Shown here: one piece after another, positions 28,818-37,841 of the stretch
Numbering within the stretch: position 1 is the stretch's first letter
Layout of the letters: every line of letters starts with the position of its first letter
Origin: Saprospiraceae bacterium
GTDB taxonomy: Bacteria > Bacteroidota > Bacteroidia > Chitinophagales > Saprospiraceae
Direction: 5' to 3'
Length of the DNA stretch: 46,777 bases
Assembly: GCA_032115795.1 (NCBI GenBank)
Contig: JAUMBK010000232.1
Location: 1 to 46,777 of the forward strand
Program-made: the position numbers and the translations under genes
Notes under the pieces: model-generated
What the model saw: only the letters and a program-made list of their open reading frames with translations
What the model was told of the DNA's origin: nothing
Databases searched by the model: none

Positions 28818-29366
28818 TTAAACAGCGCCCTCACGCACGCCTTTTCGTCTGGGTCCAATATCAATCCGTTCATTCGCTGATTCGCCTTCCAGCAACATAT
28901 CCTTGGTGTAAAGGAAGGCGTTTCGGGCGTAATCGGACAAGCTGATTGTATCGGTCAGATAAATGGCATCTTTGGGGCAGGCTTCTTCACACAAGCCGCA
29001 GAAGATGCATCTGAGCATATTGATATTATATTCAGCTGCGTATTTCTCTTCTCTATAGAGGTGTTCTTCACCTTTGTTTCTTTCTTCAGCAACCATCGTT
29101 ATTGCCTCTGCTGGACAAGCCACTGCGCAAAGACCACAGGCGGTGCAGTTTTCCCTGCCATCCTCATCCCGTTTCAGAACATGGCGACCTCTGAAAAACT
29201 TGCTGTGTTCCCTGGTTTGTTCCGGGTAGCTGATGGTCACTTTTTTCTTAAACAGGTGGTGAAATGTGATTTTCAGACCACCCAGTATGGCGGGAAGATA
29301 GAGTTTTTCCACCCACGACATCGTCTTATTTGAAACGACTTTGCTTCTTTTTGTTAACGGCTGCAT
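28818..29366 (-). CDS. nuoI: NADH-quinone oxidoreductase subunit I
   Basis: Two ferredoxin-type 4Fe-4S motifs: CTACGLCAVACP and CIFCGLCEEACP. Confidence 0.93.
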   Translation of the reverse strand: MQPLTKRSKVVSNKTMSWVEKLYLPAILGGLKITFHHLFKKKVTISYPEQTREHSKFFRGRHVLKRDEDGRENCTACGLCAVACPAEAITMVAEERNKGEEHLYREEKYAAEYNINMLRCIFCGLCEEACPKDAIYLTDTISLSDYARNAFLYTKDMLLEGESANERIDIGPRRKGVREGAV

Positions 29367-29370
29367 GCAA

Positions 29371-30405
29371 TTATTGATTTAGAATAATGATGGTACCAGT
29401 AGCCAGCATATTGAGAACAGACAGGGGAAGGAGCACTTTCCAACCCAGATTCATCAGTTGGTCAAACCGAAATCTCGGGATGGTCCACCTGACCCACATG
29501 AAAAAGAAGATAAAAAAGATAATTTTTGTGAAGAACACCAAAACGCAAAGAATGACAAAGGGTATTTCTCCCATTGACTGAGCAACCACATCCATGAAGG
29601 GAAAGTTATACCCGCCAAAATAAAGGCAAGTAATGACAGCACTGGAAATGAACATGTTTACGTATTCAGCAAACAGGTAAAATCCGAGTTTCATGCTGGA
29701 ATACTCTGTGTGATAGCCACCGACAAGTTCAGTTTCACTTTCCGGCAGGTCAAACGGTGTCCGATTGCACTCGGCAAAAGCGCAGATCAGAAAAATTATA
29801 AAGCCCAGAGGTTGAATCAGTACATTCCAGTTCATTCCTGCAGAACCATGTTGCGCGGCAACAATATCACCCAGGCTAAGGGAACCTGAGGTCATGATAA
29901 TGGCGATGATGCTCATCCCCATGGCCAGTTCGTAGCTTATCATTTGAGTTGAAGCCCGGACGGCGCCCAGGAGGGCAAATTTATTGTTGGAAGCCCAGCC
30001 ACCGATCATAATGCCATAAACACCCAGGCTGACTACCCCCATAACATATAAAATGCCGATGTTGATATCGGCCACCTGGAGGGGCACTTTTGTACCGTTA
30101 ATCGTGATATCTGGCCCAAAAGGGATGACAGCACTGGTCATTAGTGCGGTGATCATGGTGATGGCAGGTCCTGCGACAAACAAGATTCTATTTGATGTAA
30201 GGGGGATAATTTCTTCTTTCATAATCATCTTGATGCCATCAGCGATTGGCTGGAGTATGCCAAAGGGACCGGCTCTGTTTGGTCCCAGTCGGTCCTGAAT
30301 AAAGGCAGCAATTTTTCTTTCAGAAAACGTGCTGTAGGCTGCAATTCCCAGGGATACAAGGAACAAGACAAAGACCAGCAAAATTTTAAATGCAATGATT
30401 GTCAT
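29371..30405 (-). CDS. nuoH: NADH-quinone oxidoreductase subunit H
   Basis: 344 aa with the ND1 signature FIQDRLGPNRAGPFGILQP and the later ECNRTPFDLPESETELVGGYHTEYS. Confidence 0.93.
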   Translation of the reverse strand: MTIIAFKILLVFVLFLVSLGIAAYSTFSERKIAAFIQDRLGPNRAGPFGILQPIADGIKMIMKEEIIPLTSNRILFVAGPAITMITALMTSAVIPFGPDITINGTKVPLQVADINIGILYVMGVVSLGVYGIMIGGWASNNKFALLGAVRASTQMISYELAMGMSIIAIIMTSGSLSLGDIVAAQHGSAGMNWNVLIQPLGFIIFLICAFAECNRTPFDLPESETELVGGYHTEYSSMKLGFYLFAEYVNMFISSAVITCLYFGGYNFPFMDVVAQSMGEIPFVILCVLVFFTKIIFFIFFFMWVRWTIPRFRFDQLMNLGWKVLLPLSVLNMLATGTIIILNQ

Positions 30406-31364
30406 GGTGCAACCTGGTTTTCGGTGGGTAATTGAGGCTGAATGACGGGCAATTCAAATTTCATGTGATTTTGGGAAATCACAGAATGGCTGTCGATTTT
30501 TGCGGGTCCTTCGATAATCCAGTCTTCTGTATTTTTATGATCAAACCTGCAGGAATTGCAAATAAACGACTCTGCTTCACCCCATTTGTCTTTTCTTGCT
30601 GTCACTCTGAGTACATCCTTTCCCTGGTACCATAACGTCACTTTTCCATCGCAGGTAGGGCAGTTACGATGTGCAAGCACGGGTTTTGTAAACCAAACGC
30701 GGGATTTAAACCGGAACGTTTTGTCGGTCAGCGCACCTACCGGGCAGACATCGATCATATTTCCTGAAAAGTCATTCTCGATGGCTTGTTCAATGAGGGT
30801 TGAAATTTCAGAGTGGTCTCCTCTGTGCAATACTCCATGGACTCTTTCCGGTGTCAATTGCTCTGCTACCTGCGTACATCGGTAACAGAGGATACACCGG
30901 TTCATGTGAAGCTGAATTTTATCTCCGATGTCGATTCGTTCAAACTCTCTCCGTTTGAATTCGTACCTGCTTTTTGAAAGGCCATGTTCATAGCTGAGAT
31001 CCTGGAGTTTGCATTCTCCGGCCTGATCACAAACGGGGCAGTCTAGGGGATGGTTTGCCAGTAAAAGCTCGGTTACTCCTTTTCTGGCTTCCTGCACCTG
31101 TGGAGATGTTGTGTTTTTTACTTCCATGCCGTCCATGACGGCAGTGCGACAGCTGGCCACAAGCTTGGGCATGGGTCTGGGGTCTTTGTATGATCCTGCT
31201 ACCACCTGAACCAGGCAAGTTCTGCATTTGCCGCCGCTTCCCTCCAGTTTGCTGTAATAACACATTGCCGGGGGCACATTTTCTCCAATCATTCTTGCTG
31301 CCTGCAATATGGTTGTCCCCAGGGGTACTTCTATGCTTATATCATCTATGGTCACTTTGGGCAT
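30402..31364 (-). CDS. nuoG: NADH-quinone oxidoreductase subunit G, short form (N-terminal Fe-S module only)
   Basis: Cluster motifs are all present: 2Fe-2S C-x10-CRTC-x..-C, N5-type HPLDCPVCDQAGEC, and N4-type CILCYRC..CPVGAL. The protein is only 320 aa, so the molybdopterin-like C-terminal domain is absent. Confidence 0.88.
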   Translation of the reverse strand: MPKVTIDDISIEVPLGTTILQAARMIGENVPPAMCYYSKLEGSGGKCRTCLVQVVAGSYKDPRPMPKLVASCRTAVMDGMEVKNTTSPQVQEARKGVTELLLANHPLDCPVCDQAGECKLQDLSYEHGLSKSRYEFKRREFERIDIGDKIQLHMNRCILCYRCTQVAEQLTPERVHGVLHRGDHSEISTLIEQAIENDFSGNMIDVCPVGALTDKTFRFKSRVWFTKPVLAHRNCPTCDGKVTLWYQGKDVLRVTARKDKWGEAESFICNSCRFDHKNTEDWIIEGPAKIDSHSVISQNHMKFELPVIQPQLPTENQVAP

Positions 31365-31384
31365 GGCAAGCGAATTATTTTACA

Positions 31385-32731
31385 TTAAACAAGGCTGGTT
31401 TGCATTTCGGGTTGATACACATGATCCTCATCGAATACGCGGTGAGGGTATTTTACATGGTACTCAAATTCATGACGGAAGTGCCTGATTGCTGCTGCGA
31501 CAGGCCAGGCGGCAGCATCGCCCAGGGGGCAGATGGTGTTTCCTTCAATATTGCTTTGTACCTGCCAGAGCAGGTCAATGTCCTCCATCCTGCCATGTCC
31601 TGTTTCGATGTTGTGCAGGATGCGCTCCATCCAGCCGGTTCCTTCCCGGCATGGGCTGCACTGGCCACAACTTTCATGGTGGTAAAAGCGAGCGAAGTTC
31701 CAGGTGTTGCGAACGATGCATTGTTTTTCGTCGTAGACAATAAAGCCTCCGGAGCCCAACATTGAACCTGTGGCAAATCCGCCCTCTGCCAAACTCTCGT
31801 AGGTCATCAATCTGGGGGATCCATTGCTTTCTTTGAATAAAAGATGTTTTGGGAGGATGGGTACTGACGACCCTCCAGGTACACAGGCTTTCAAATCCAG
31901 TCCATTGCGCATACCTCCACAATATTCATCGGAGTAGATAAATTCTTCCACGGGCAGACCGAGTTCAATTTCGTACACGCCAGGTTTGTTTATGTTTCCT
32001 GATGCAGAGATTAATTTTGTACCTGTCGACTTGCCGATGCCAACGTTGGCATATTCCTCTCCGCCATGGTTGATGATCGGTACCACAGCGGCGATACTTT
32101 CCACATTATTTACAATGGTTGGACAATTCCAAAGACCGGCAACTGCTGGGAATGGAGGTTTAATTCTCGGATTCCCCCTTTTTCCTTCCAGAGACTCAAT
32201 CAACGCTGTCTCTTCACCACAGATGTAGGCACCCGCTCCGGGATGCACATACAAATCGAGGCTGTAGCCTGAATTTACTATATTTTCACCCAGAAATCCT
32301 TTGGAATAGGCTTCCTTTATTGCATTTTCAAGAATTCGAAGCACAAACATGTACTCCCCGCGGATATAAATATAACTTGTGCGGCATCCCAGGGCAAAGC
32401 TCGACAAAATCATACCTTCAATAAGCAGGTGGGGCAGTTTTTCCATCAGGTACCTGTCTTTGAAGGTGCCGGGTTCACTCTCATCAGCGTTGCACAGAAG
32501 GTATCTGGGCTTGTCGGAAGATTTGTCCAGAAACGACCATTTCAACCCTGTGGCAAATCCTGCACCCCCTCGACCACGCAACCCTGACTTTTTCACTTCT
32601 TCCGTTACATCGTCAGGAGACATCGTCAACAGGGCTTTATTCAGGGACCTGTACCCACCGTGTTTCATGTATGTATCAATTCCCTGGATTCCGGGAATAT
32701 TGGCGTGTTCGAGTAAAATCTTTCTTCCCAT
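31385..32731 (-). CDS. nuoF: NADH-quinone oxidoreductase subunit F
   Basis: FMN/NADH-site motif GLRGRGGAGFATGLKW and N3 cluster motif ESCGQCSPCREG..C. Confidence 0.95.
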   Translation of the reverse strand: MGRKILLEHANIPGIQGIDTYMKHGGYRSLNKALLTMSPDDVTEEVKKSGLRGRGGAGFATGLKWSFLDKSSDKPRYLLCNADESEPGTFKDRYLMEKLPHLLIEGMILSSFALGCRTSYIYIRGEYMFVLRILENAIKEAYSKGFLGENIVNSGYSLDLYVHPGAGAYICGEETALIESLEGKRGNPRIKPPFPAVAGLWNCPTIVNNVESIAAVVPIINHGGEEYANVGIGKSTGTKLISASGNINKPGVYEIELGLPVEEFIYSDEYCGGMRNGLDLKACVPGGSSVPILPKHLLFKESNGSPRLMTYESLAEGGFATGSMLGSGGFIVYDEKQCIVRNTWNFARFYHHESCGQCSPCREGTGWMERILHNIETGHGRMEDIDLLWQVQSNIEGNTICPLGDAAAWPVAAAIRHFRHEFEYHVKYPHRVFDEDHVYQPEMQTSLV

Positions 32732-33252
32732 TATCGGTATTCTTTTGGGCTTTCATTTTTGGAAAGGGAGGCCAGTATTTCGTCTACTTTTTCCTCTGTC
32801 AGATTTTCATAATACGTTTCACCTATTTGAAACATAGGAGCATAGCCACAGGCCCCCAGGCATTCTACAGTGGTGAGTGTAAATTGTCCATCCGACGTCG
32901 TCTGACCCACCTGAATACCCAGTTTCTTTTCGAGATAGCTTAGCAGTTTTTCGGCACCACAAATCATGCATGGTCCTGTCTGGCATACTTCGATTACATA
33001 TTTTCCTACAGGTTCAATGCGGAACATTGTGTAGAACGTGGCCACTTCATAAACTTCTATGGGTTTTATCTGCAGCAAGGCAGCCACCTTATTCATGGTT
33101 TCTATCTGTAGCCAGCCTTCTGTCTCATTCTGAACGACGTGTAAAATGGGAAGCAGCGCTGATTTCCGCTTATCTTCCGGATATTGCAACAGAATTTTGT
33201 TTATTTCCTCTGCTGCTCGGGCACCGATTGGCAAGTCATGCAAATGTGTCAT
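32731..33252 (-). CDS. nuoE: NADH-quinone oxidoreductase subunit E
   Basis: Thioredoxin-like 2Fe-2S motifs: CQTGPCMICG and ECLGACGYAPM. Confidence 0.93.
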   Translation of the reverse strand: MTHLHDLPIGARAAEEINKILLQYPEDKRKSALLPILHVVQNETEGWLQIETMNKVAALLQIKPIEVYEVATFYTMFRIEPVGKYVIEVCQTGPCMICGAEKLLSYLEKKLGIQVGQTTSDGQFTLTTVECLGACGYAPMFQIGETYYENLTEEKVDEILASLSKNESPKEYR

Positions 33253-33263
33253 TTCTGTATTGT

Positions 33264-34502
33264 TTATGCATCCAATTCTCCTGCAATCACATTCATACTA
33301 CTCATGGTGAGAATGGCATCGCTCAGCATGCTTCCTTTGATCATTTCCGGGTATGCCTGGTAATAGATAAAACAAGGTCTGCGCAGGTGCAGGCGGAAAG
33401 GCTGCCTTCCTCCGTCACTGATCAGGTAAAATCCCAATTCTCCATTGCCCCCTTCCACGCACTGGTATACCTGTCCTTTGGGAACATTGATTTCTCCCAT
33501 CACTATTTTAAAGTGCCAGATTAAACCTTCCATTGTATTGTATACATCTTCTTTCGGAGGGAGATAAAATTCGGGTACATCCGCATGAAAGTTGCCTTCC
33601 GGCAAATTTTTCAGGGCCTGCCTGATGATGTCCATGCTTTGCCACATTTCCTCCTGTCTGACACAAAACCGATCATAGGTATCACCGGAAGAACCCACCG
33701 GAATTGTAAAGTCAAAATCCTGGTAAGAGCAGTAGGGCGACATCACGCGAACGTCATAATCGACGCCTGCGGCGCGTAAGTTGGGTCCTGTAAAACTATA
33801 TTCCATTGCCCTTTCGGCCGTAATTTTACCTACATTGATTGTTCTGTCCATGAAAATGCGGTTGCGCATAACCAGGCTTTCAAATTCTTTCAGGGCTGTT
33901 GGAAATTCTTCCAGCAAGGCATGTATTCGCTGGAAGACCTTTTCAGAAAAATCACGCTCGAAGCCGCCTACCCTACCTATGTTTGTAGTAAGTCTGGCAC
34001 CGCAAATTTCCTCATAAATATCATAAATTTTCTCACGCCATTGGAAAACATACAGAAATCCCGTCAACGCACCTGTGTCAACGGCAACGACGCTATTGCA
34101 GATAATGTGGTCAGCAATGCGTGCGAGTTCCATGATGATGACGCGCATATAATCAACGCGTTTCGGGGTTTGTACGCCCAGCAATTTTTCAACAGTCAGG
34201 TGCCAGCCTATGTTGTTGATTGGAGAAGAGCAATAATTTAAACGGTCGGTGATGGTAGTTACCTGGTAAAACGGCCGATTTTCGGCTAGTTTTTCAAATG
34301 CACGGTGGATATACCCTATGGTTGGTTCGGCTTCCACAATGATTTCCCCGTCCATTTTCAGTACATTCTGAAAAATACCATGCGTTGCCGGGTGGGTGGG
34401 CCCCAGGTTCAGGTAATTGTATTGCCTGATGTCTTCCTCTGTCTCAATATGGCCATTGAGGGTGTGAGAATGGTGAAAATTATCGTCCGAAATATTTATC
34501 AT
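33264..34502 (-). CDS. nuoD: NADH-quinone oxidoreductase subunit D
   Basis: 412 aa with LNLGPTHPATHG near the N-terminus and a 49-kDa-subunit-like C-terminus. Confidence 0.93.
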   Translation of the reverse strand: MINISDDNFHHSHTLNGHIETEEDIRQYNYLNLGPTHPATHGIFQNVLKMDGEIIVEAEPTIGYIHRAFEKLAENRPFYQVTTITDRLNYCSSPINNIGWHLTVEKLLGVQTPKRVDYMRVIIMELARIADHIICNSVVAVDTGALTGFLYVFQWREKIYDIYEEICGARLTTNIGRVGGFERDFSEKVFQRIHALLEEFPTALKEFESLVMRNRIFMDRTINVGKITAERAMEYSFTGPNLRAAGVDYDVRVMSPYCSYQDFDFTIPVGSSGDTYDRFCVRQEEMWQSMDIIRQALKNLPEGNFHADVPEFYLPPKEDVYNTMEGLIWHFKIVMGEINVPKGQVYQCVEGGNGELGFYLISDGGRQPFRLHLRRPCFIYYQAYPEMIKGSMLSDAILTMSSMNVIAGELDA

Positions 34503-34995
34503 CTTTATCCGTTCTTGTATCGTCCACCAGGGAATATTGTTTTCTTAAAGGGTGATAATTCATGTCCTCTACATTCAGTATGATTCTAAGGTCTGGATGA
34601 CCATCAAAAAGAATTCCGTAAAATTCGAAAGTTTCCCTTTCCATCCAGTTGGCGCCAGCATACAAGGTTGTCAAAGTTGGTACATTCAGGTCGTTTTCGG
34701 ACATAAAAATGTGTACCCTTATTCGAATGTTGTTTACGAAGCTGTGCAAATGGTACACTACTGAAAATTCATTTTCCTTTTGTTCGGGATAATGTACACC
34801 ACAGAGACTTGTGAGGAATTGAAACTGGAGGATGTCGTGCTGTTTTAACCAGGTAATGACGGGTATGAGGCTTGGTTTCTTGATTACAATATCGAGCATG
34901 CCATAACTTTCCTCAATGCTCTTTACATCATTTCTAAATTCATGGAGGACAGCTTCTCTGATGTAAGAATTGTCGGGTGTTGTTTCACGCATCAT
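34480..34995 (-). CDS. nuoC: NADH-quinone oxidoreductase subunit C
   Basis: 171 aa with the 30-kDa subunit motif [25 protein letters not shown]. Confidence 0.92.
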   Translation of the reverse strand: [171 protein letters not shown]

Positions 34996-35546
34996 AGAAT
35001 ATCGTAACTTTCCAGTAATTGCCTGTATTCGGGAGATTCTCTTCTTCTGAGGGGTTCATTTTTCATCAGCTCCTGGATTTTCAGGATGCCATCCAAAATT
35101 GCCTCGGGCGGAGGAGGACATCCGGGCACGTATACATCCACAGGGATGACCTTGTCGATGCCCTGTAGCACGGAGTATGTGTCAAAAATTCCACCGCTGC
35201 TGGCGCACGCACCCACAGCGATCACCCATTTTGGCTCTGCCATCTGCGTATATACCTGTTTGAGGACGGGACCCATTTTTTTTGCAATCGTACCCATTAC
35301 CATCAGCAAATCGGCCTGCCTTGGTGAGAAACTAAGTCTTTCGGCTCCAAAACGTCCCAGGTCATAGGTAGCTGCCATTGTAGCCATAAACTCAATACCA
35401 CAGCAAGAGGTGGCAAAGGGAAGTGGCCAGATGGAATTGGCTCTGGCCAGGCCGACTACCTTTTCCAGTTGGGTTAAACCGTACCCTTCGCCGACGTACA
35501 TTTCCGGTCCGGCGGAATTGGATTTCAATGCAGGATTTAGTCCCAT
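34992..35546 (-). CDS. nuoB: NADH-quinone oxidoreductase subunit B
   Basis: N2 cluster ligand motifs CCGIEFMA, GACASSGG and VPGCPP. Confidence 0.95.
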   Translation of the reverse strand: MGLNPALKSNSAGPEMYVGEGYGLTQLEKVVGLARANSIWPLPFATSCCGIEFMATMAATYDLGRFGAERLSFSPRQADLLMVMGTIAKKMGPVLKQVYTQMAEPKWVIAVGACASSGGIFDTYSVLQGIDKVIPVDVYVPGCPPPPEAILDGILKIQELMKNEPLRRRESPEYRQLLESYDIL

Positions 35547-35917
35547 CTCAACGCCCCTTTTTTGATTACATAATAAAATCCAAGTAAAAAAGGAGAAACA
35601 AACAGTAGCATTTTCAGCAAGCCTGATTCTCCGAGTTCTCTAAAATTGACTGCCCAGGGATAAAAGAAGATGATTTCAGCATCAAACAACACAAACAGGA
35701 TGGCCGCCAAAAAGTATTTTACTGAAAAAGGAAGGCGGGCATCACCAATGGATTCCAGTCCACACTCAAAGCTCTGCAATTTCGTATCGCTTTTAAATTT
35801 TGGGCCAAGTTTGTGTGTCAGAAAAAAAGTACCCAAAACAAAGCTTGCAGCCACAATAAATTGCGCCAATATGGCCAAATAGTCAATTTGAATTGCATCA
35901 ATCGTCATGTTTTCCAT
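35537..35917 (-). CDS. nuoA: NADH-quinone oxidoreductase subunit A
   Basis: 126 aa with three TM helices and the ND3 motifs FECG and FDAEIIFFYPW. Confidence 0.9.
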   Translation of the reverse strand: MENMTIDAIQIDYLAILAQFIVAASFVLGTFFLTHKLGPKFKSDTKLQSFECGLESIGDARLPFSVKYFLAAILFVLFDAEIIFFYPWAVNFRELGESGLLKMLLFVSPFLLGFYYVIKKGALRWD

Positions 35918-35956
35918 GCCACAACTTGTTTTGATTCAGTCACTTATTTGAAATTG

Positions 35957-35964
35957 CAAATGTA
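35957..35964 (-). promoter_or_regulatory. Candidate Bacteroidota -7 promoter box for the nuo operon
   Basis: The minus strand reads TACATTTG (TAnnTTTG), about 40 nt upstream of the nuoA ATG, in an AT-rich 240-nt divergent gap. Confidence 0.3.
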
Positions 35965-36158
35965 ACCATTATTTGTTTAATAAGTTTTTCAGAAAATAAT
36001 ATTTTTATTGTCGTCAAAATATTGTTTGTTTTTTATTAAATATTTTTCTAAGCCCAGGAAATCCTCGGTATCTGAGTAAAATAATCTATTGATTCAAAAG
36101 ATAGAAAGAGGCAATGGGATCAATTATGTACCTTTGTCTTACGGAAGACCTTGTTAAC

Positions 36159-36848
36159 ATGGAACTGATACAAACGCTTTTAGATTTTATACTGCACATA
36201 GACGACCACTTATTTACGTTGATTCGGGAATACGGTGTCTGGATTTATGCGCTTCTTTTCCTGATCATATTTGTGGAGACGGGACTGGTTGTCATGCCTT
36301 TGCTTCCCGGGGATTCGTTGTTGTTTGCGGCTGGCGCATTCTGTGCCGGGGTAGTGAATGAGTCTTCGGGTCAAACAGCGCAGTTGAGCCTGCCGGTCAT
36401 ACTCGTTTCGTTGATTGTTGCCGCTATTGCAGGAGATACGGTTAATTATAAGATGGGAAGGACAATCGGATTAAAAATTCTGCAATGGGAAATCGGGGGT
36501 TATAAACTGGTAAAAGAGAAGTATCTGGATCAGACGCGCGAATTTTACAGCAAACATGGCAACCGAACGATCATTATTGCCCGTTTTGTACCGATTGTCA
36601 GGACTTTTGCCCCGTTTGTAGCAGGAATCGGCAAGATGGAATACCGGCAATTTTTGCGGTTCAATGTCATTGGCGGCATCGTTTGGGTGGTGGGCCTTAC
36701 CCTGCTTGGCTATTTTTTTGGGAACATCCCTATTGTAAAGAAGCACTTTGAAACAGTCATTTTTGGAATTATTGGAGTCTCCCTTCTTCCGATTCTTGTA
36801 GAGGTGATCAGGGCAAGGACCAACTCAAAGAAGGAGCGAATTTCTTGA
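36159..36848 (+). CDS. DedA family membrane protein (paralog 1)
   Basis: Has the DedA core motif FVETGLVVMPLLPGDSLLFAAGAF and the later RFVPIVRTFAPFVAG. Start trimmed to ATG 36159. Confidence 0.85.
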   Translation: MELIQTLLDFILHIDDHLFTLIREYGVWIYALLFLIIFVETGLVVMPLLPGDSLLFAAGAFCAGVVNESSGQTAQLSLPVILVSLIVAAIAGDTVNYKMGRTIGLKILQWEIGGYKLVKEKYLDQTREFYSKHGNRTIIIARFVPIVRTFAPFVAGIGKMEYRQFLRFNVIGGIVWVVGLTLLGYFFGNIPIVKKHFETVIFGIIGVSLLPILVEVIRARTNSKKERIS

Positions 36849-37077
36849 GAGGGAAAGGGGCATCGTTTCATTCTGCTGCACCATGCTTCCCGGTACAAAC
36901 TGATTTTTTGAATAGGTGTACTTTCAGGTAAATTCAACGATGTGTGAAATTTACCTAAGACAAGAAAAAAAGAAAGATTGATAGTGGGCAAATGAGGTTG
37001 AAAAAACGCAATTTTGTAACATGTTTCCATTTGGAGTATTTTCTTCTGATAAAAATAGAGTAGAGACATAACGGGTC

Positions 37078-37734
37078 GTGTGGTTATTTCAATTGCTTCA
37101 TTTTACTGATTTATTGCAACCGCAATGGTATGTAGCGAATGGCGGTATTCTTCTGATCATGTTTGTGGTATTTGCAGAAACGGGACTTTTTGCCGGTTTC
37201 TTTTTGCCTGGCGACTCGTTGTTGTTTGTTGCGGGAGTATTCAGTAATCAGTTGATGGATGGTGTCATTCCCGTTGAAAATGAATTCATTCGACTTTCGG
37301 CGATCATCTTTCTCATTTCTCTGGCAGGGATATTTGGGAATGTTTTTGGGTACTGGTTTGGGAAAAAGGGAGGGAAGCGCCTATATTCAAAGGAGGATAC
37401 TTTCTTTTTTAAGCACAGGCATCTGGAGGAGGCGAGAAACTATTATAACAAGCATGGTTCGCTTACCATCTTTGTTGCCCGCTTCATTCCCTTTATTCGG
37501 ACGTTTGCTCCTATCGTTGCGGGGACGGTATTGATGGATTACAAAAAATTTATGGCATACAATGTATCGGGTTGTTTCGTCTGGACAATTTCGATGATTT
37601 TAACTGGGCATTACCTGAACGCTTTTTTGATCAGGCAATATGGATATGATGTCAGTGCCGATCTGGGCTACATTGTTTTGGCCATTGTTATTTTTACTAC
37701 GGGACCCTTCATCTACAAGGTGTTGAGGCGTTGA
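37078..37734 (+). CDS. DedA family membrane protein (paralog 2)
   Basis: Has FAETGLFAGFFLPGDSLLFVAGVF and RFIPFIRTFAPIVAG. The only start that keeps the conserved N-terminal helix is GTG 37078. Confidence 0.8.
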   Translation: MWLFQLLHFTDLLQPQWYVANGGILLIMFVVFAETGLFAGFFLPGDSLLFVAGVFSNQLMDGVIPVENEFIRLSAIIFLISLAGIFGNVFGYWFGKKGGKRLYSKEDTFFFKHRHLEEARNYYNKHGSLTIFVARFIPFIRTFAPIVAGTVLMDYKKFMAYNVSGCFVWTISMILTGHYLNAFLIRQYGYDVSADLGYIVLAIVIFTTGPFIYKVLRR

Positions 37735-37795
37735 TCATAAAATGATGAATATTAAAATATCATTTTGAATCAAACGTTTTTTAATAAAACAACAG

Positions 37796-37803
37796 TACTT
37801 TTG
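37796..37803 (+). promoter_or_regulatory. Candidate Bacteroidota -7 promoter box (TAnnTTTG)
   Basis: TACTTTTG lies about 38 nt upstream of ATG 37842, at the head of the small-ORF / SulP-2 / porin gene string. Confidence 0.3.
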
Positions 37804-37841
37804 CCAATCGTAAACACATAAATAGTGATTTTCATTCTTTA

